From Octopus bimaculoides (lineage: Eukaryota), in the NCBI RefSeq assembly GCF_001194135.2, contig NC_068997.1, positions 41,957,126 through 42,018,901 of the forward strand: a DNA stretch of 61,776 nucleotides. The letters are read 5' to 3'. How positions within the stretch are numbered: the first letter of the stretch is position 1; the number at the start of each line of letters is the position of its first letter. The notes beneath the pieces were generated by a model, which was not told where the DNA came from, did no database searches, and worked only from the letters and a program-made list of their open reading frames with translations. Shown here piece after piece: positions 1 to 12,576 of this stretch. A program made the translations under genes and the position numbers.

Positions 1-63
<63 letters not shown>
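1..63. repeat. (ATT)n microsatellite
   Basis: Perfect ATT repeats from the window start. Confidence 0.98.
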
Positions 64-65
<2 letters not shown>

Positions 66-112
66 AGCTGAAAATATTTCAGAAACTATTTCAGAAATTG
101 AGTTTCATGTTT

Positions 113-208
113 CATCATACATCATCATCATCATTTAACATCCGCTTTCCATGCTAGCATGGGTTGGATGATTTGACTGAGGACTGGCGAACCAGATGGC
201 TACACCAG
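113..208 (-). mobile_element. 3' end of an abundant SINE/RTE-tail-like repeat ending in (ATG)n
   Basis: CATCATCATTTAACATCCGCTTTCCATGCTAGCATGGGTTGGA; the same motif recurs at ~6990 and, inverted, at ~915-950, ~17840-17890, ~20075-20110 and ~26005-26085. Confidence 0.75.
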
Positions 209-695
209 ACGTCCACTGTCTGAAAATAATGCAAATCTGGATTCATCTGAGAAAATCACTCTATCCCAAAATGAACAGGATTTTTCTGACATCTCCTTAG
301 CCCATTTCTTTCTTTACATGATATTAATTGGTTGAAGGAGGGGTTTTCTTCTAGCTGCTCGCCCATAATACCCAAGCTTGTGCAGATATGTAACACACAT
401 TCTTGGACCAACTTCTAACTGTTTTGCAATGTCAGAAACCTTTGAACGGGGTTCATTTTCCACAATTCTCTTCAAACAGCAAAGCTTCCTTTCCGAGGGC
501 TCAGGTTACTCTTTGAAAATGTTTAATATAATGGCACCTGGAGTGAAAAAGACACCACCAGATTGAATGGTACTGCTCAGATGTTGAAACCATAATGATA
601 TCCATAGGGCAGCTGATGTTGTAGGTGTGTTGGATTGTTGGTATGGCTGTTTGTGTATATGTGGAATAGTATTATAACACACCATTTTGATATAT
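209..695 (-). mobile_element. Tc1-like transposase fragment (degenerate)
   Basis: Manual minus-strand translation: ...LKRIVENEPRSKVSDIAKQLEVG...LHKLGYYGRAARRKP...FWDRVIFSDESRFALFSDSGR (HTH plus the first catalytic D motif). Confidence 0.85.
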
Positions 696-950
696 AATAA
701 TGTATATATACAATAATGTATATATATATATATATATATATATATCAATTATATATATATATATATATGCTGCCATGTAACAAGCAACAAGTACACTCTG
801 TAAAGTTGTTGGCATTGGGAAGGACAACCAGCTGGAGAAGTCATGCCAAAACAGGTAGTAGAATCTGGTATGGCTGCAAGCCTTGCCAAGTCCTATGAAA
901 GAGTCAAACTGATGCCAGCAAGGAAAAGAGATGTTAAATGATGGTGATGA

Positions 951-1011
<61 letters not shown>

Positions 1012-1172
1012 TAGATAGATTGAATAAAAAATGAAAAAGCAAACCGTTTGGCATTCCTTAATAAGACATTTAATTTAGACAGAGAATATAGATATACAGA
1101 GTCTCTTGCAGTTGTTTCTAGAATAACCAAGCATGTGGACCTTCATATTAAGTAAGGATTTCATTGGCTAAG

Positions 1173-1441
1173 TTCTTCTTCTTTTTCTGGCACTCCGTCG
1201 CTTACGACGTCGAGGGTTCCAGTCGATCCGATCAACGGAACAGCCTGCTCGTGAAATTAACGTGCAAGTGGCTGAGCAACCCACAGACACGTGTACCCTT
1301 AACGTAGTTCTCAGGGATATTCAGCGTGACACAGTGTGACAAGGCTGACCCTTTGAATTACAGGCACAACAGAGACAGGAAGAAAGAGTGAGAAAAAGTT
1401 GTGGTGAAAGAGTACAGCAGGGTTCGCCACCATCCTCTGCC
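1173..1441 (-). mobile_element. SINE 3' half (CORE-like family); head lost in the gap
   Basis: Its reverse complement matches the + copy at 18661-18790 (CCTGTAATTC.AAGGG.CAGCCTTGTCACA...GAGAACTAC.TTAAGGGTA); (TTC)n tail. Confidence 0.75.
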
Positions 1442-2846
1442 NNNNNNNNNNNNNNNNNNNNNNNNNNNNNNNNNNNNNNNNNNNNNNNNNNNNNNNNNNN
1501 NNNNNNNNNNNNNNNNNNNNNNNNNNNNNNNNNNNNNNNNNNNNNNNNNNNNNNNNNNNNNNNNNNNNNNNNNNNNNNNNNNNNNNNNNNNNNNNNNNNN
1601 NNNNNNNNNNNNNNNNNNNNNNNNNNNNNNNNNNNNNNNNNNNNNNNNNNNNNNNNNNNNNNNNNNNNNNNNNNNNNNNNNNNNNNNNNNNNNNNNNNNN
1701 NNNNNNNNNNNNNNNNNNNNNNNNNNNNNNNNNNNNNNNNNNNNNNNNNNNNNNNNNNNNNNNNNNNNNNNNNNNNNNNNNNNNNNNNNNNNNNNNNNNN
1801 NNNNNNNNNNNNNNNNNNNNNNNNNNNNNNNNNNNNNNNNNNNNNTATATATATATATATATTACATGTACATACACACATGCACATTTCTACATATTTA
1901 TTTCCCTTTTACAAGGTAACGTTATTTCCACATTCTGGTAATAAAATCTTCATAAGACTGTAAATTAGTTTGGTTTTCCAAGTCATATACAATTATTTGT
2001 GGATCGTCTTACAGGAGGAGCTGTACACCCATGGTGTATTAGTATATCTTTGTGGTATATAAATAAATATTTTTATGAATGATTTGATTGTGTGGGTGGA
2101 AAAAATAGTTTTCAGGAGACATAAGTGGTGGGATAAGGAGGGGGAGAGGAAGATAAAAGAGAGAAAAAGGAAACATTCATAAAACTGAGGCACAATGGAA
2201 AAGATACTATATGTTAAATTTAAATTCAATCATGTTTTGTTTTGGAGAGAATTGAAATAAAGCTTTCACATTTTTTTATAGTACTAACTATGGAAGATTG
2301 GTGGGATTATTATTTGTATGACTTAAAGATTGGTCGCTGTTTAGTATATAATTTAGTTACTGTAGGTTTACTATTAATACCAATACAAATATACATAGAT
2401 TTATGTGTTTCATTGTTGTAGTTTAATTTTAAAGTTAGTGTTTAATCTTGCCTATATTTAGATTGAATGAATGTGGTTATTAAGCTTTCACGTTTATATT
2501 ATATTATGGAAGACTGTATGGAATAATATGTATGACTTAAAGGTTTGGTTTCTCTTTAGTCACTTATCTAGGAGTTGGTTATTGATTTACTTATTGAATT
2601 TAGCTACCGATACTGTTCTACATAGGGTGAATGTGTTTGAAAGTTGTGGTTTCTTTGTTTGTTTGTTCCCAAATAACACTTATTTCAGTGCTATTGACAC
2701 CATTGGATTGAATGGTAGTGCTCATGTATCGAAACCATAATAGTATCCGTAAGGCAGCTAATGACGTAGGTATGTTGGATTGTCAGTATGGCTGTTTTTG
2801 TATATATGGAATAGTATTATAACACATCCTTTTGATACATACATAC

Positions 2847-2972
<126 letters not shown>

Positions 2973-2992
2973 TTATTTATTTATTTATTTAT

Positions 2993-3279
2993 GTGTTTCA
3001 GCCAAGTGGCTGCGGTCATGCTGGTGCACCACCTTTAGTCGAGCAAATCGACCCCAGGACTTATTCTTTAGAAGCCTAGTACTTATTCTATCGGTCTCTT
3101 TTGCCGAACCGCTAAGTTACGGGGACATAAACACACCAGCATCGGTTGTCAAGCGATGTTGGGGGGACAAAGACAGACACACAAACACATACATATATAT
3201 ATATACATACATACGACGGGCTTCTTTCAGTTTCCGTCTACCAAATCCACTCACAAGGCTTCGGTCGGCCCGAGGCTAT
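2993..3279 (-). mobile_element. SINE family A (tRNA-headed, internal CA/TA linker), headless copy
   Basis: Matches copies at 11075-11430, 21060-21560 and 55205-55605 (GCCGAACCGCTAAGTTACGGGGAC, CTACCAAATCCACTCACAAGG). Confidence 0.9.
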
Positions 3280-3309
3280 ATCTTTTATGTATTTCAGTCA
3301 TTAGACTGC

Positions 3310-4612
3310 AGCTATGCTTGGGCATCACTTTGAATTTTTAATTGGATAAATCGACCCCAGTAACTGTTTTTTATTTATTTATTTTTTTTTCTGTTTAAGC
3401 CTGGTACTTATTCCATCAGACTTTTTTGCCGAAGCACTAAGTTAGAGGGATGTAAACACACCAACACTGGTTGTCAAGCAGTGGTGGGGGTGACAAGCAC
3501 AGACACAAAGACACACACACAAACACAAACACACACACATATGTATATGTATATATGCAGGGTGTGATGGGTAAATTGTCACCATTTTATATTTTTAATT
3601 TCGCGCATGCACATTGTTTGTTTTTGATTTTGTCAACTACACAGTATAGTAGGGTCAGTTGGGCACTTTCTATGAGAAAAAACAGCACCATGACATAATT
3701 CACTCTGCCAGAATTTTGGAAACGACATGCTGTGCTGCCTGGCATTTGCACCAGAAGCTCCAATATAAACATTTCAGAGTGTTTGGGTGTCAATCTGAGA
3801 ACAGTGCATTTACTGAGAATGATAAAAATCAAACATCCAGTCAACATCATGGTGTTTGGAGTGATCACTAGTGATGGCAATGTTATGCTTCCATTCTTCT
3901 TCCCACACGGCCTCATACTCAACACAGAGGCCTACATCAAGTGCCTGGAGGAGGTAGTGCTGCCCTAGGTCAAGAGGGTTGCTGCTGGAAGACCCTGTGT
4001 CTGGCAACAGGACTCTGCACCATGCCACACAAGCAGGAGAACCCAATCATGGCTGTTAGAAAATTTCTGCAATTACATCACCCCCTAACATCTGGTCACC
4101 TAACTCCCAAGACTGCATCCCACTTGATTATTATGTGTGAGACACAGTTGATCGAGAGACCAACAAAACTTCTTGTAACACCAAAGATGAACTGAAGGCA
4201 AGGGTTATAGCAACATTCTCCAACTTAAACAAGGAGACTGTCCAGAAGAGTTGGAGGAGATTCTAGAGTCGTCTGCAGGCTGTGGTTGAAGCCAATGGCG
4301 ATTTTATTGAATAAATTTACTCTTTAGTATTTCAAGATATTTTTATGTAGTTTTAGTAAATATATCTGTTAAAATGAGATGTCAGTGTTATTTCTATTTT
4401 TACATAATTTAGATGACAATATGTTCACCGCACCCTGTATATATGACAGACTTTTTTCAGTTTCTATCTACCTAATCTGCTCATAAGGCCTTGGTCAGCC
4501 CAAGGCTATAACAGTAGGTGCCACACAATGGCACTGAAGCCAAGGTGATTCACGATGGCATTGAACCCAGAGCCATGTGGTTGGAAAACAAGTTTCTTAC
4601 CACACAGCCTTG
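3310..4612 (-). mobile_element. SINE family A copy split by a maT transposon (3' half ~3310-3557; 5' half ~4443-4612)
   Basis: The 3' body lies left of the transposon. The head (AACCCAGAGCCATGTGGTTGG...CTTACCACACAGCC) lies to its right. Confidence 0.8.
3558..4437 (+). mobile_element. Internally deleted DD37D/maT-type Tc1-mariner transposon
   Basis: Imperfect TIRs CAGGGTGTGATGGGTAAATTGTCA / reverse complement CAGGGTGCGGTGAACATATTGTCA, with TA at the right end. Translation KHPVNIMVFGVITSDG...AYIKCLEEVVLP*VKRVAAGRPCVWQQDSAPCHT...DCIPLDYY contains stops and frameshifts. Confidence 0.85.
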
Positions 4613-5008
4613 TCTGCACCTATATATATATATATATNNNNNNNNNNNNNNNNNNNNNNNNNNNNNNNNNNNNNNNNNNNNNNNNNNNNNNNNNNNNNNN
4701 NNNNNNNNNNNNNNNNNNNNNNNNNNNNNNNNNNNNNNNNNNNNNNNNNNNNNNNNNNNNNNNNNNNNNNNNNNNNNNNNNNNNNNNNNNNNNNNNNNNN
4801 NNNNNNNNNNNNNNNNNNNNNNNNNNNNNNNNNNNNNNNNNNNNNNNNNNNNNNNNNNNNNNNNNNNNNNNNNNNNNNTTTACAACTGAGTGGACTGGAG
4901 CAAAGTAAAATGAGGTGTTTCACTCAAGAACACAATGCACAACCAGACTGAGAATGAAAACCACTATCTCACAATTATGAGTGCAACACATTTAACCTCT
5001 TATGCTTC

Positions 5009-5046
<38 letters not shown>

Positions 5047-6435
5047 GAAATTTTTTCGCCATGAACGGTTTGTGTTTTTAAACGGAGTGTATTTTTTCTG
5101 ATGTTATATTTTTATTCCTGAATGATGTGTAAAGAAATTTTTAAAATGCTGAAATCTAATTAGCCTATAATTGAACTGGATGTTAATAATTATATAGGGT
5201 GGTTGGGCTATTATTTGATAAAATGAGAAGGGTGCAAGAGTGTTAGTATGAGGGAAATGTGGTGGCATAGTGAGTGTTGCTGATATCAGGGAAGGGGAGA
5301 ACAGTGTTGTGTAAATGGCAAATATGGAGTGGCAGTGGGGTGATAACGTTAATACAGCTGTTATAAGTAACTTTTAAAATGCTGAGGAAGGGAAAGAAAG
5401 GTGGGTGTGAGGAATATGTAGCTTTAAAGAGAGAGTGGGTAGGTGGCTTTTCTGTTGTCTATTGCAAAGAAACTCTCACATAGAGATACACACACATACA
5501 GATACAAACACATACATATATATATATATACACATACATATGTCTACTATACACACATGATTACTTGTGCGTACATTTATAAATGTGCATGCGTGCGTGC
5601 GCATGTGTGTGTGTGTGTGTATGTCTGCGTGCGCATGTGTGTGATGTCCTATAACTGTGTCTGTCTCTCTACTTTTGTAGGGTCTTCCCTGTTGCTGTCA
5701 CATATTGTAAAATTTTAAAATTACATCAAAATTCTCAAATTTGGTATATTGAAATAATTTTCCATGTTAAACTGATTATGTTATTTATTTGTCATAGAAA
5801 ATTGCTACTAAGGTTTAAAGTTCAATCAATTTTACCTCATCAGAAAACAGGATTTAGAAGAGGCATTTTCTGCATGATAGCTGTCTATCACAAAATGAAA
5901 GCAAAATCATTATGAGGAGGAATTTTTATTAAACAAACGAGAGCAAAGCATTACCACAACCAAAGCTGTAAGAACTTCTGATGTTTTAATAAGTTTTAAT
6001 GAATAAAGGCATGTGAAACAGTTGAACATGTAAATAAATAATTTAAAACGAAAAAATTCCTCAACAATATTTTTTGCAAAAAATTACACAAATCTGCCCT
6101 GATTGAGAGGCCTATCTGTCAGGGAAGGTATGGTCTAACATGAATTAAACAAAAGTTTATATAAGTTATTCTATTGTAAAAATTGCCTGGCAATGACGGG
6201 CTTTTCAGCTAGTACATACATATATGTTTGTATACATACATGCACATATAAATACATATATATTTTTACAGTTGTTTGATGTGATTTTTAACTCTATTCC
6301 ATATTAGCTTTGTACATTAGTGTTGCAGCTCCACATCACTTAATTCATTAACCATTTACTGAGAGCACTTTATGGTTTTATTTCTTGAATTGAATTAATT
6401 GGAATATGTTCCACTTATATATCCAAATTCTGTAT

Positions 6436-6649
6436 TTAACCCTTTAGCATTTAAACTGGTCATATCCAGCCAAAATATCTTCAAACTGGCCAGATGCAGC
6501 CTCGCGCACTTTTTCTAGAATATTATTCTGAAAATAAACAATCATGTCATTGAAATCTCAAAGTTACAAGGTAATGCATGACTAATACTAATTAGTGTGA
6601 ATAAACAAGCATTGTGTTTGATAACGTGATTTGAATGCCAAAGAGTTAA
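6436..6649 (+). mobile_element. TTAA-flanked MITE (piggyBac/Kolobok-like)
   Basis: TTAACCCTTTAGCATT ... AATGCCAAAGAGTTAA; a related copy lies in inverted orientation at 16273-16498. Confidence 0.75.
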
Positions 6650-8339
6650 TATATCTTCGTCAGGTCTTTTACTTCACAACTGAGTTTTCTGGTGGTATTT
6701 TTATCTTAACAAAATGATTGACAAGCCCAAAATGAGTTTCTATTCATTTCATCCAATTCCTATTTCAGTTCTTTCAAAATAGTGACTGATCATAGGCCAT
6801 GTTGCGCATGTAAGATAGTACCATGCAATTATTACTGTCCCATTGGTGGAGTTGGCTAACAAAGCATATAATGAGTTTAGGTTGCAGAAAGAGGATCTAT
6901 CTGAGAGCTAAATTCATGCTTTTATATGTGTTTGTTTGATATGCTTAACTCTGTTCCATATTTATCATGTAGATGTGTGTGTTTATATATCATCATCATC
7001 ATCATTTAACATCCGTTTTCCATGCTTGCATGGGTTGGACGATTTGACTGGAGGCGGTAAGGCCAGGGGCCACACCGGGCTCCATTGTTTGTACTGGCAT
7101 GGTTTCTATGGCTGGATGTCCTTTCTAACACCAACTACTTTACAGTGCTTTTAACATGGCACCAGCACCAGTGCTTTTTATGTGGCATCAGCACCGCTTT
7201 CATTACTGCTGTGGTGGATAGGTCCAATATATATATACGTATATTGTCATTATCATCATCATTTAACATCCATGAACCCAGAACCATGTGGTTCGTAAGC
7301 AAGGTACTTACTACACAGCCACTCCTATATATATATATATNNNNNNNNNNNNNNNNNNNNNNNNNNNNNNNNNNNNNNNNNNNNNNNNNNNNNNNNNNNN
7401 NNNNNNNNNNNNNNNNNNNNNNNNNNNNNNNNNNNNNNNNNNNNNNNNNNNNNNNNNNNNNNNNNNNNNNNNNNNNNNNNNNNNNNNNNNNNNNNNNNNN
7501 NNNNNNNNNNNNNNNNNNNNNNNNNNNNNNNNNNNNNNNNNNNNNNNNNNNNNNNNNNNNNNNNNNNNNNNNNNNNNNNNNNNNNNNNNNNNNNNNNNNN
7601 NNNNNNNNNNNNNNNNNNNNNNNNNNNNNNNNNNNNNNNNNNNNNNNNNNNNNNNNNNNNNNNNNNNNNNNNNNNNNNNNNNNNNNNNNNNNNNNNNNNN
7701 NNNNNNNNNNNNNNNNNNNNNNNNNNNNNNNNNNNNNNNNNNNNNNNNNNNNNNNNNNNNNNNNNNNNNNNNNNNNNNNNNNNNNNNNNNNNNNNNNNNN
7801 NNNNNNNNNNNNNNNNNNNNNNNNNNNNNNNNNNNNNNNNNNNNNNNNNNNNNNNNNNNNNNNNNNNNNNNNNNTATATATATAAAAAGATAAAGAGAGC
7901 AATGGTAGAGTTGGAAATATATTTTATGGATAGAGTCTTACAGCTGTTTCAGGGAAGATCCAGTACTTCCCTTCATCGGAGACAGAAATAGTAAAGGAAT
8001 CGATTATTATATCCATACACACACACACACACACATATATATATATTTATACATACATATATTTCTATTCCCTTATGAATATAACAAGTTCTCTATCCCT
8101 CATTTATTTAATATAATTGTTAACTTATTTATTATGATACATCAGCTGATAGTAAGGGTTTCCTCTGTTTGATTAATATAGAATTATTAGTCCAAAATAT
8201 TTATTTATTTATTCATAAAATGCCTATTTGATTATATTTCTTTGGAATTATTAGACATATATCTATTCCTATAATGTCTATTTAATTTTATTTACTTGAA
8301 TTTATTAAATGTATATTTAATCCTATGTGGGCAACAAAA

Positions 8340-8800
8340 ACCTCTTTCTCTTTTATTGTTGATTTGTGCTTGGATGTAATGATCTGGAAAATAAGTCACA
8401 CCTTTTGCTTCCAATGCTATATAATTTTGCCGTGCTAATTACTTCCCACTTCAGTGTATATTCCTTATTTTTATCCTTAGTTTCCCAAACTACTGCTAGC
8501 TTCTTTCCTCTTATCTCTAAAAGTGCTTTCATGGTTAGCTATCCTGCTTTTTATATAATTTTCTTTGGAGCCTAAATAGTAGTAATCCTGTCCCTCTGAC
8601 ATTATTTTACAACTATATATTATACGTTTTTCTCTACAAAAATTTCTTAATGGACATTTATTTTTATTTTTATTGGCACAATCACAGGTTTTATTTTCAG
8701 GATCTTTCACTGTTTCCTTATTAAAGCTGTGCCTATTTTCCCCTGTTTCAGGGTTATTTTCTTTATGTTTATTTCTAGTACTATGAGTCATGGCTAATGA
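8340..8800 (-). mobile_element. Penelope-like element 3' fragment, GIY-YIG endonuclease (frameshifted)
   Basis: CDC...KCPLRNFCREKRIIYSCKI...YYYLGS...KSRIANHESTF; a second frame continues WETKDKNKEYTLKWEVISTAKLYSIGSKRCDL. This is the CxC..CP..C / IY..YIG / R...H / W.I..C pattern of Penelope ENs. Confidence 0.85.
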
Positions 8801-8909
8801 CTTATCTTTTTCTTTCCTTTTTTATCCATCTTAGTATTTATATTGTCACTTATTTTATGTTCATTGTTGCTACTATAAGTATCAGCTTATATATTTAAAT
8901 CATTTGCAG

Positions 8910-8942
<33 letters not shown>

Positions 8943-9189
8943 TATTATTAGTATTATTATTATTACATTTATTTACTCTCCTTTTTGTAGGCTGCAAGTT
9001 TACATTTTTCAATCTTAGTGGGAAAACATTGAGGGTTACGTCCACTCCTTTGCTTGTTGTGTACTTTTTACTATCATTATGATCTTCGTCATTTTGGCCA
9101 TAACGTAAATCATTTGTATTTTCCTTACTCCTATTATTATAGAAATCATTTAATTATAGTGTTTTGCTTATAGTGATCAAATGTTCATG

Positions 9190-9391
9190 CCACACATTAG
9201 CTCACTCTCTCCATCAAATCGACATTGTCTGAACAGGTAAATAGTGTACCATGCATCAGGTGACAAAGTGATTGCAGAGCAATGTGAGATGAGGTGTTTT
9301 GCTGTAGAATACAATGCACTGACCAGGCTAGCAATTGAAATCACAATCGCTAGATAGTGAGTGCAACACCCTAACCACTAGGCCACACACC
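9190..9391 (-). mobile_element. tRNA-headed CORE-like SINE (degenerate)
   Basis: The reverse complement starts GGTGTGTGGCCTAGTGGTTAGGGTGTTGCACTCAC (A-box-like); similar to 4885-4995 and 18015-18340. Confidence 0.65.
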
Positions 9392-9396
9392 CTCTC

Positions 9397-9433
<37 letters not shown>

Positions 9434-10172
9434 AGAGGTGACTCCAGGTCAGCAGCGTCACTCAGGATCATCACAGATTTTGCACAAGACATATGCCTGC
9501 TCAAAGAATTTAACATTTTTCTGCTTTATTTCTAGTCCCAAATGGCTTATTCTTTATATGTCTAGCACTATGTCTTTCTCCATTTCTAAACTAAGAGTTA
9601 AAATAAAGTAACCCTCAAAATACATCTGATCTTTACACACAGACACACAGAATAACAGCAATTAAATAACGATAGCGGAATGCACAAGAAACATCAATGA
9701 TCTGACTGTCGTCTGTACTCTTGACAAGAGATGCCAGTTAGTCTTTTGCACCGACCAGGCTCGTTCGTATTAGCCCGAGTTGCTGAATAATTTTTTGTTC
9801 CTTTAAGAATATTTAGAATCTCTAATAGAAATTTCTATAGAAAATTATTGTTTCAAGAAAACATTGAATTCGAATTACTTTTCCTTTTTACGATTATAGA
9901 TAACAACATGGGCTGTAACCTCTGAGCTCGAGTCAGTCGTGTGTGAATGGTGTTGAGAGAACGTCTACTATGAATGATATTTTTTGACACCTCTGTGACA
10001 ACCACCAGATGCTGAACGTAAACAAAACGAACTGCAACTAGACTCAATAGAAGGAGCCCAAGTTATTGGCTGCAATTAGAGTTAGTGTAGGCAGAAATTA
10101 AATCAGTTTGCAAATACACGCTCACTTGACTAAATTTCTACTCAGGCTAAGCTTGAACAGCCTGAGTCGCCA

Positions 10173-10228
<56 letters not shown>

Positions 10229-10670
10229 CATGAATTATATACATGCAAATTTATATTTATAAATCTTTTAACGCTGACCTGTTTCAGTCATTAGACTGCA
10301 GCCATGCAGAAGAACAAAATTTAAAAAGTTAAACAATTTGATCACAGTATTATTATTATAAGTCTGGGCTCATTCTATCAGTTTCTTTTGTTGAACTGCT
10401 TAATTAATTACAGGGATGTAAACAAAGAGGAACATAAACACACAGGGACGTAAACACAGTTGTCAAATGGTGGTAGAGGACAAACGCAAAAACAAAGGCA
10501 CACTCACATGTGCGCACACATACGTGCACACACACACATACACACACACAGTTAAGCCATTGATGGCTTAACTGACCGAAACTTCAAAGTTGCTGTCAAC
10601 AACATTTTTGCTTAAGAATAATAAACAATAAGAGTATAGAGTAACCCATCAGATTAATGTGAAATTGTTT

Positions 10671-10873
10671 GAGCTGGTAAAGTCGTTAGCACTCTAGGCG
10701 AAATGCTTAACGGAATTTCGTCTGTCTTCATGTTCTGAGTTCAAATTCTGCCAAGGTCGACTTTGCCTTTCATCCTTTCGAAGTCGATAAATTAAGTACC
10801 AGTGAAACACTAGGGTCGATGTAATCAACTCATCTCTCCCAAAATGGCTGCTCTTGTGACAAAATTTGAAACC
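10671..10873 (+). mobile_element. SINE family B (tRNA-related head; GGTCGACTTTGCCTTTCATCC body)
   Basis: GAGCTGG...GTTCTGAGTTCAAATTC (B-box-like)...GGTCGACTTTGCCTTTCATCCTTTCG; many copies in the window. Confidence 0.9.
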
Positions 10874-10894
10874 CTTATAATTGAACATAAAAAC

Positions 10895-11432
10895 AGGCAT
10901 GGCTGTGTGGTAAGTAGCTTGCTTCCCAACCACATGGTTCTGGGTTCAGTCCCACTGCGTGACACCTTGGGCAAGTGTCTCTACTAAAGCCTCGAGCTGA
11001 CCAAAGCCTTTATGAGTGGATTTGGTCGACAGAAAAAGAAAGAAGCATGTCGTAAATATGTATACTCTTTTTACTCTTTTACTTGTTTCAGTCATTTCAC
11101 TGCGGCCATGTTGGAGCACCGCCTTTAGTTGAGCAAATCGACCCCAGGACTTATTCTTTGCAAGCCTAGTACTTATTCTATCGGTTCCTTTTGCCGAACC
11201 GCTAAGTTACAGGGATGTAAGCACACCAGCATTAGTTGTCAAGCGATGTTGGGGGACAAACACAGACACACAAACATATACACACACATACATATATGTA
11301 TACATATATACGACGGGCTTCTTTCAGTTTCCGTCTACCAAATCCACTCACAAGGCTTTGGTCGGCCCGAGGCTATAGTAGAAGACACTTGCCCAAGATG
11401 CAACGCAGTGGGACTGAACCCGGAACCATGTA

Positions 11433-11464
<32 letters not shown>

Positions 11465-11718
11465 TGTGTGTATGTGTGTGTATGTGTGTGTGTGTGTGTG
11501 TGTATGTGTGTGTCTGTATCTGTGTTTGTTCCCCTCACCATCGCTTGACAACTGCTGTTGGTGTGTTTATGTCCCCGTAAGTTAGCGGTTCGGCAAAAAA
11601 AAAAAACCGATGGAATAAGAACTAGACTTACAAAGAATAAGTCCTGGGGTCGATTTGTTTGACTAAAGGCAGTGCTCCCGCATGGCCGCAGTCAAATGAC
11701 TGAAACAAATGAAAGAAT
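10895..11718 (+). mobile_element. SINE family A copy (5' part ~10895-11050, 3' part ~11500-11718) with an inverted family A copy nested in its linker
   Basis: Head GGCTGTGTGGTAAGTAGCTTGC...GGGTTCAGTCCC (A/B boxes); the 3' body resumes after the (GT)n tract. Confidence 0.85.
11075..11430 (-). mobile_element. SINE family A nested copy
   Basis: Complete body, linker and most of the head on the minus strand. Confidence 0.9.
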
Positions 11719-11982
11719 ATATGTATACGTGTATCTGTCTGTCTGTGTATATGTAATACACACACACACACACACACACGCATGTATATACATACTTAGA
11801 GGGAAAGAGCGTGTGCTCATATTTGTATACATGCGTATATAGACAAACACACTTAAAATAATTATGTGCATATTGTATACAGTGTTCAGGTGCAGTACAA
11901 TAACTAATTATATATGCTCACTGACATTGTATATATATATATATACATATATATTTATATATAATACTGTATACTTCGATTA

Positions 11983-12024
<42 letters not shown>

Positions 12025-12545
12025 AATATCAGTGATCATATATAGTTAGTTATTGTAGTGCACCTGAGCGCACACACTCTCTTTCCCTGTCTCTCTCTTT
12101 CTCCCATGCTTATATTTATGCACATCTTCATACATGAGTATATACGCATATGAATTCGCATTTTTTCTCTTATACAGTCGAGACGCACATGTTACTACAC
12201 ACACACACACGCGCACACACGTATGCAAACTATTTTTTTTTCCATTATTATTTTATTTTTAGAACATCCTGGTGGAAAATAGAATAATTGCATAATAATA
12301 CTCTTGGGTATTGTTTACAAAAGCATTATTTTATTTTATTTTATTTTTCCGTCTGGCTTTTTATATGGTAGAAAATAAGGACCTATCAACTAATGTTTAC
12401 GTCGCTATTTATGTTGACAGAGAAAAGGATAGACTCAATTAGAGTTGTCCCGGTAGCAAACAATACAAAACGCGTTGGAATTCCAACAAATACACACTAA
12501 TACATTGCTATACACAGCACTTGTGATTTTTATCAATGGTCTCTA

Positions 12546-12576
<31 letters not shown>

